From: Antedon mediterranea
Taxonomy: Eukaryota; Animalia; Echinodermata
NCBI RefSeq assembly: GCF_964355755.1
Contig: NC_092680.1
Location: forward strand, 13,277,045-13,341,044
Length of the DNA: 64,000 nucleotides
Direction of reading: 5' to 3'
The notes under the pieces are model-generated. The model worked only from the letters and a program-made list of their open reading frames with translations. It had not been told where the DNA came from and made no database searches. How positions within the stretch are numbered: the stretch's first letter is position 1; each line of letters begins with the position of its first letter. Both the position numbers and the translations under genes were made by a program. Positions 53,601-62,600 of this stretch are shown piece after piece.

Positions 53601-56600
53601 TATTTCGATACCATGCATAAAGAAAACAAATATAAGAACTAACAAAAAATGCCATCATTTTGATGCCACCAGGGATTGCCCTCTAAATCCCCAAAAAACA
53701 TTCAGATGGGTCCCTCAAAAAATAAAATACAAATACTTACAGTATCTACCAAGTATTGAGGAAATACAATGTTTATAAGACTACCAGACAATAATATGTG
53801 TTGATTTTTAAAATAGCACAAAGTACACTACCTCATTCACATGAAGTGGAATACTATCAATGGATTTATATCTATGTAGACATATCAAACATAATTATTG
53901 GTATGTTTGTTATTTGTCATTTTATAAGGAATGTGAAGTTGGTTATCGACGTGTTGGCGGGTTGCTACTTCAAGGGGAGTGTGAGAGTTGTGATTGTAAT
54001 GGCCATACACTCAACTGCGATGATATCACAGGGGAATGTCTAGTAGGTCCTTCGCTTATCATCTAGGTATCAAAGCTCATAAGCAGACATTTTCAACAGT
54101 TAACTGTATGCAAAGGACGATGCAATGGTGATTGTGAAGCATAGGAACAATGGTGCCAGCCAGCAAAACAGAACAGAATGCTACCTATTTAGATTTTATC
54201 AAACTTGCTTAATGAAAAAAAGAAAAACTTTGTTTTAACTAAACATTAATGCATAAGTCAGTATTCAAAATAACTTGGGCAAATATTTATGCATATATTT
54301 TTTTCTTAAATCTGAGATGACCAAGTCTATTCCATAAAAACTGGTTTGATAAATAAAGCTTCACTTTACTCTCTATAGACTTGTTTGCATAACACCTATG
54401 GACCAACTTGTGAGTATTGCCTACCTGGTTACTATGGCAACCCATTGATTGGCAAGGCTGACGACTGCAAGCGTTGTGCTTGTCCTCTTCTAGAATCAAA
54501 GAACAAGTAAGTCTTGACGTTAAATTTAGTTTAAAACATGTAATATGTATATTTGTTTATCCATTTATTTATCGAAGCTACTACAGTACTATACTAGCAA
54601 TCCTTGTTATTTATATCTTCTTCCAATTCTATTTCTATCATATATCTTTTAATTCATCCTCTTACTCCTCTATCCATTTATAAATATGCTACAATACCAC
54701 CTAAAATGTTTTCAGTAACTTATCAAATAAGTTTTAATATAGTATTTGATACTAAATAATACTTTATTATTTTTAGTTTCAGTCCCACATGTGAAATTGA
54801 TGTAAATTATGGTTATATATGCACTCAATGTGAAGAAGGCTATGAAGGAAGACGTTGTGACAGGTCAGTTCAAATTGCCATCATCGTCATCACCATCATC
54901 ATTATCATCATCATCACCATCATCATCATCACTATCACACAAAACATTATATTTATGTCACATTATATATGCCCCTATTGTATTCAATGTCAATTCAGTA
55001 GTAGTTGGCGATTTGCTTACTGTTTACACATACAGTACATTCTTTCATCATTCCGCATCAATGATAAAAAAAGAATTTGCATAATAGTAATCAGCCATCA
55101 ATTTCAGTGCCATTCCATTGTACTGAGAGGGTAATCACATCATCATTTATTCTATCATTTAGTGGCATATATTGATAATGAAACGACTTGTACAATAATA
55201 ATCGTATTCGTTTTTGTATTATAAAGGTGCGCAAATGGCTACTTTGGCGACCCTACAAAATCTGGAGATACCTGTAAACCATGTCAGACAATCTGCAATA
55301 ACAATATTGATCCGTCGGTTCCTGGAAGCTGTGACCGTGTTGTAGGAAAATGTTTAAAATGTATCTACAATACGGCAGGTAACAGGTGCGAAAGATGCGC
55401 TGATGGTTACTATGGTGATGCTGTACGCAATAGGAACTGCCAAGGTAAACATTTTTCACAGTATATATGTTATATCATTACATTTGACTTTTTCTGTGGT
55501 TTTAAATGCAGTTTAAAGAGTAAAAACTATTGGGGAAACAATGTGTGTCTGATTTTTAGAGAGTTGAAAAAAAGAAACAAATATGCTGATATTATTTCTT
55601 TATGTCACTTTATTTGTAGTAGTTGGTTTGCTGTATTAAATTTTCCATTGAGTAATTACTTAACAGATGCAATCACATACTTAATGTGTTGTTTGGTACC
55701 ATTCAGAAAAAAAACTTAAGTAGAAACATTCGTTATGTTTAGCGTAAAAGCTCCAAATTAAATATGCCGATTGTTTAAAAGTTATTTTTTTACCGCACCG
55801 CTATCCCCACTATTTTAAAAATAATGGATAATTTTGTTAAATTTTTTAAATTTGGTGTCTATTTTTTCAGCATGCCAGTGTGATGTTGTTGGTTCCATTT
55901 CACATATCTGCAACCGCTTTACAGGAGCCTGTCTCTGCAAACCTTTTGTTACTGGACCTAATTGTGACAGTTGCCAGGTAAACTGTTTATTATAAAAATA
56001 AATTAGTACAGATTATATTGTTACTTCTGATTATGATTTGCAGTTAAAAAAATGAACATTGTATTAAAATCTCTTCATGTTTTCCTTTACAAACACCCAC
56101 AATATTAATTACTGGATCTAATTTGTTCAACAATATATTAATCATGTGTTCTCACTTCAGCCTGGGTTCTTCAACGTCTCCAATACTGGTTGTCTTTCAT
56201 GCCAGTGTAATAACATTGGATCTGTTCACAGTAGGTGTGATGGGGTTACAGGTCAATGTTTTTGTAAACCAGGTGTTTCAGGAATCCATTGTGACCAGTG
56301 TGATGCAGGATTCTATTCATTTACATCAAATGGTTGTCTGGGTAAGTGTCTAAAACTATTTTGTCTTAGCTTACCTGGATAAACCGACAATGGCCTATTT
56401 AGTTACAACTTGCGAATACATAGAAATTCATTGAAAACTCCTGTCATACAATTATACATTCCATGAACCCTGAATAGAAAAACTGTAAAAAAAAATGTGA
56501 TCTTAGTTGTTAAAATACTGTTGAGCTGTTCTAGTCTGTAATTTCTGCGAACTTATGTTATGTTAAACACGGTGAAGTGAAGACCAATAATTTCCACTTC

Positions 56601-59600
56601 AATGATCAATAAAGAGATGCCCTCTATAAATTGGAAAATGATATAATATAATAAATTGTTTTATTACAAATATCTAATTTCTGAGCATAATGGTGTTTAT
56701 TTCGCAGCTTGTGATTGTGGAGGAGGGTCATGTAACCCAGTTACCGGTGACTGTCAGTGTCCTCTTAACACTGAAGGTATACGCTGTGACAAGTGTCTAC
56801 CAGATACATGGGGCTACAACCCAATCACTGGATGCAAGGTAGATCTTAGTGCTTCACTGTATAATAAAAAATGTCAAATAATAAATGGACAAAATGAGTA
56901 CATAACCATTTAACTCTGTGAACTTCTAATCCATGAAACTTTGTGTTTGAAAGGAAAGCTCTGTTCCTTTCAAACATAAATGGATGAAAAAAGTGGATAA
57001 TCTACAATTAACATAGAGTGAGACGAGTTGGCCTTTATGTGACCTCTATATAGGATTGATTTTAAATAAATTCAAATTGATAATGAACTTCTTTTGATAC
57101 ATTGACAAAATGAGCGACAATACCTAATAGCTGCCATGAATGTCAAATACAGAGGTTTTTATTGAATAAAAAGTAAAGTAAATATTCGTTCTATGATTTT
57201 ATTAACAGACATGTAATTGTAGCAATGTTGGTTCCAGTCACTCCCAATGTGACCTTAACACTGGAGATTGCAAGTGAGTAACATAACCATTTTTTAAAGA
57301 TAAGATTATAGTTTTTTTAATTTACAAATTGGAGTATTTTTTCTTTTTAAACATTATTTTAAAGAAGAAATGATTATATGGCTACTGTACTGCTCATAAA
57401 AGTAACTCTGCTTACACTAATACCAGACTGAGAACTTATCCATTTTAATTTATCCAAACATATTTGACTTTTTTTAGATGTGATGGACGATTCATGAGGC
57501 CATTTTGTGACAAGTGTAAGCTTGGTTACCGTGATTTTCCCACCTGTAGAAAATGCAAATGTGATCTAGCTGGTTCAGAACCTAGTAGTTGTCGGGGGAA
57601 CAAGTGTAGCTGTGAAAATGATGGTCAATGTCTTTGTAAGGTATGGCTATTGAATTTGAAATTGAAAATTAAATTCCCATGAGAAAATTCTCTAAAATAG
57701 AGTTTGGAATTTTGTTCCTGGTAATAACTGATTTACCAATATATTAACGGGTTCAACTGGTATTTAATCAACAAGTTGATTTACATTAGACAGGTACTAG
57801 TTAAAACCAGTTTACGACTGGGATTGGTAACTAGTATTTACTGGAATGTTGTACTTGGTTAGAAATCAATTCGTTTGTAAACTCTAGTTTGAATAAATTG
57901 AAAGAAGCCATCACTGAAAAGCAACTAAGTTACTAAAGTAGAACCCTCCTTTTGGACACCCCTTTTCAGGGGACACTTTCCCGCGAATTGAGTTACTATT
58001 TCCTTTTTTTTTCACTTTAGTCAAATGTGAAAGGAAAGATGTGTTACAAATGCAGAAAAGGTTCATTTAGTCTCCAAGAAGTCATTCCGAGTGGATGTGT
58101 TAGCTGTTGGTGTTCTAGGGTTACTTCCGAGTGCCAGGCAGCAGACTACATATTCAAAAAGGTAAATCAACTTTAATAAGATATATATTTTTTAAGCTAT
58201 GAATTTAATTTGGATATATGATTCTAAAAAATATGTTTAAAACCAACTTAATAAAAGCTTTGCAGTACACTATGTTTCCAAAAATGTATAGTTGACAATG
58301 TCTCAAAGACTGTTTAGAATTACAACTAAACTTTTTTTTTAATTTAGGGATCACTGGTGCACTGTAAACCTTACTTTAATATTGTTTATATACAATTTAA
58401 ACAATATTGCATCTAAAAGTGGTACTAAATCAACCAAAATTATGAAATTTTTTCTTTCAAAACACTAGCAAAATAACTTAATAAAGAAGTACTAATACTA
58501 ATAAATTTGATTATTTTTCCAGTTGACATCAAATCCTGATTGGATGTTTGTATTAAGTAACATGGAACGTAGTATCATTACTGAAGTTGGTCTAAACGTC
58601 ATGATAGAGGGAGTGGTGGTCGATTTGAGGTTTGCTGGACCAGCAGTTGGTTCACATGTGTATGTGAATCTGCCAAAACAGTTCCTTGGCAAAAAAGTAA
58701 TGTCAATGCTTTGCTTTTCCATATACAGTACATTTTGTTTTTATACCACTTTTGCAACACCAGCTTTATTGAAATAGCATAATCTTCCTAGTTAAATATA
58801 AAGTACCAGCTAATCATTGTGTCGAAACTATTTTCTAAATTCTGGATTCATTTCAACACTATTTCCAATTACTTTATCTTATTCTTATTAAAAACTTTTC
58901 AGCTTGCTTCATATGGTGGTAAGTTTAGCTATGTGATCAAGGCCATGTCTGGCTATGTGCTTGACGATGAGGAGCCTGATATTGTGGTCATGGGACAAGA
59001 CAAGGTACTGACAGCAGTAACGCAGCATTCTGGATCGTTGAGAACTCTAGAATTACTGGAGGCAAGTAAACAAGTTATAGTATAAAGTATAAGTATTCCT
59101 TTAGGCTCTGTCTACACTATCAAACTTTATGTAACAAAAAAATGTGATGTGCCCATATATGGACATGATGATGTCATATCACTACCATATTTAAGTATAT
59201 CACTACCATATTTGGGCACATCACATTGTTTTGTCAAACTAGTTTGATAGTGTAGACAGAGCTTTAGTGGAGTTTTCAGATTGGATAGGTGAAAAAAATG
59301 TGGACTGTTATTGGTTAGCTGTGTCTATATCTTTTATCATTTCAAATTATCAAATTAAATTCTTTTTCTTATCTACAGATGAATTTTGTTCATAGTGAAT
59401 CTGAGGAACTAGTAAGTCGTAGCGAACTGATGGAAGTTTTTAACGAAATTGAAGCGATACTTGTACGTGTCTCTTACAGTGACAAAGCAATGGTTGTAAG
59501 CGTATCCGAAATTGAACTCGATATTGGTGAGTCTCGCAGAGGGCAATCTGGTGTGGGGGCACTTTCCATCGAACAGTGTATGTGTCCACCTGGATATGAA

Positions 59601-62600
59601 GGCCTTTCTTGTGAGGTAATTGTTTTTAAATCATTATAGAATTGATTGTACTAGGGTCTATGTTTACATTTATATTACTTTTTCGTTCTTTTCTTAAAAT
59701 ATGGTATAATAAAACTAGCTTATCTCAAAATATATTTACTCTCCAGACTTTCATACATTTTATAAACATGTAATTGCATTCTATCAATTATTTTATTCAT
59801 TTTTATACTTTTAATCCAATTTAGCGTTGTTCTGCGGGATATCATTACATCTCTCAAGGACCATTTGCTGGTCAATGTGAAACATGTACATGTAATGGAC
59901 ATTCTAATACCTGCAACACTACTACCGGTATTTGCTTAGTAAGTTTACACATAACATTGTTTTATGTGGTTGTACACTTAAGTATTAGAAGCATTGATAT
60001 GTACACTTAATTTTAGAAAAGACATAAATCTAATCCACAGCGACGTTTCACGACCTATCCAGGTCGTATCATTAGGCCAAAAATTGTGGCATTTATTCAG
60101 TGACCACCTGGATGAATATCCATATCCATGATGCACACTTAACAAAAATAATAATGGTGGTCTTCTATAGCGCCTAATACAAAGTTTCTAAGCACTTTGT
60201 ACCCAAAAAAGATCAATGAAATATCCTAAGATAGCCAAAATTGAAGAAAAGGAACCATTTACACCGCTTTATTGTACTTCAATACTTTTTTTTTCTTGGT
60301 GTATGTTTAAAAATATAAATAATATATGTATTTAGGATTGCCAACACAACACATATGGACCTCGATGCGAATCATGTTCAACGGGTTACTATGGTGACGC
60401 GACCCAAGGTACAAGTCGTGATTGTCAGCAATGCGCTTGTCCACAATCTGGAATTATTGGAAAGTAAGATTTTTATAGACCTTGATTGATATAATTTTAT
60501 TCAAATTAAAGAATTCTGTGTGTTCTTTTTTCGTTGTCTTGTAAATGGATTTTCACCTGTTTATTGAACAAAATTGATATTGATATTCCTTAGCAATATT
60601 ATGCTAATAAAATTAAATCTTTTATTTTTAATCTCTGGTTCATATATTAAACTTAGTAAAGCATTAATAATAATAAGAATATACAGTATAGAAAAAGTTA
60701 TAAATATTGGTAAAATGAAAACTGTTTAAAATACCGAAGGCTATTATAACATGTATCTGCTATTAGTTTCAGTCCAACATGCACACTTGCTGATGATGGA
60801 GAACTCAGCTGTACAGATTGTGACCTTCGCTACACTGGCAGATATTGTCACAGGTAAGCCATCTTGTTTTATTATGGTTTATGGAGATTATTTCTTTTTA
60901 TTGGTATTATTTCTTTATTTTTTAAAAGATGTCCATAATATTCTAATTTGCTATGAAATGGACCATTACATTATGCCTCATTTATTTAACAGGTGTGCTG
61001 ACGGTTACTATGGTGACCCGACAACCGGAACAGGCAGGTGTTTCCCATGTGAATGTGACAAACTTGGTTCAGTTTCTAACACATGTGATAAGGTCACGGG
61101 TCATTGCACATGCTTAGCGGGTGTCATGGGACCATTATGTGATCAGTGTGAGCCACTGTATGGCCTTGAAGAGGGAGGATGTGTTTGTAAGTGTACCAAT
61201 CTGATTTATTCTTATAACATCATGTCAAAATGTTGTTTAATTTATTTCAATTTGCATTCAACAATGGAAAACCCATACAGAATGGAATACATAAAACAAC
61301 TATTTAATTACAACCTGCGAAATAATGAATAAATACTTTTTTTTTTTAAATAATCATGGTTTTTAGAACACATATAGTACATGTTTTATAATTTGTAACT
61401 TGTACTTTTTAGCTTGCTATGACAACAACTGTACTGGAAGACTATTATATATGATAGACTCCTTGAAGACACCTAATTTTAACGTGACAGCTGTTGCACC
61501 ATGGCCTACTCTTGCAAAACTTGAAAATGAAACTATAGAGTTAAAGGTATGGATAAGAAAAAATAATCTCCAATAACGATTTTGTTTACCTTTTATTGAA
61601 TTGATTTTTGATGATGTTTAAAATCTTATACCATCTTCTGCAATGCGTAAAAGCGGTCAAATGTAAGAAGGAATTGTCAGGAAAGATTAGTGCACCTTTT
61701 AGGCATCAAATGTGTATTTACAATAATTATGGTGATCATTCTACTGCCCTAACCTTGGTACTACTGGACATATGAGTAAAATGCAATAACTTTATTTTCA
61801 TAGCAAAAGTATGAAGCGGCAAAAGCAACAAAACCTATTGAAGTACGACGATTAGACAAGCAATTAAAAGACCTGAAGAAGCAAGCAAAACGACAAGAGA
61901 GAGAAGTAAGTTAAGTTTTATTGCTTCAGGTCTTTGCATTTTAGTAAAATAAAGTTATAGGAAAATTTCAGCTAAATCTAAATATGATTATTGATATTCT
62001 AGTCTGTTAATCTTAAGAGGAGCGCCAAAGATTTCAGTGGGAATGCAAATGAAACCAGACAAGATGCTGTAACTCTGGAGAATTATATTAACAGCCTTTC
62101 CAGATTGGTCCAAGGTAATGATAATCTTTTATATACTAGAACATTTTGTACAAGGTTTACTAGTCTGAAATATATGAAAGAGGATAAATATTTTGTTCTT
62201 AGTGTGATAATCACTTACAAACAAAGCTATAATGGGTGCGGGTATATGTTGATAATACCTGCAGGCCTAACTACACTTCACAAGTGCTTACAAGCCACCC
62301 AAGAAAATGTGTTCCGCCACCAGAAATATGGAAAAAGAGAGCCTTCAACCTTTTTTACTGATTGAATGGCTGTTGATCTCAGTGTCCTGCTTTAACCACC
62401 TGGTCATTCTTTCTGATTTAAATTATTATCCAATTGATTCCTCTGGATAAGATGACATTCCCTGCTGAATGTTTTTAAATAGGAAATTTAATTAAACTAT
62501 TCATTTGTAATTCTTTTTTACAGATACTATAGAATATGTGAGGAACCAAATTGAAAACTTTGCTACAAAACCTGTCCAAGAAGGTCAACTAATTATAGAT

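Noticed and set aside
60751-61332. 193-aa ORF as a single coding unit
   Set aside because: Intron read-through; only 60993-61186 is coding in this frame, and exon 30 uses another frame.
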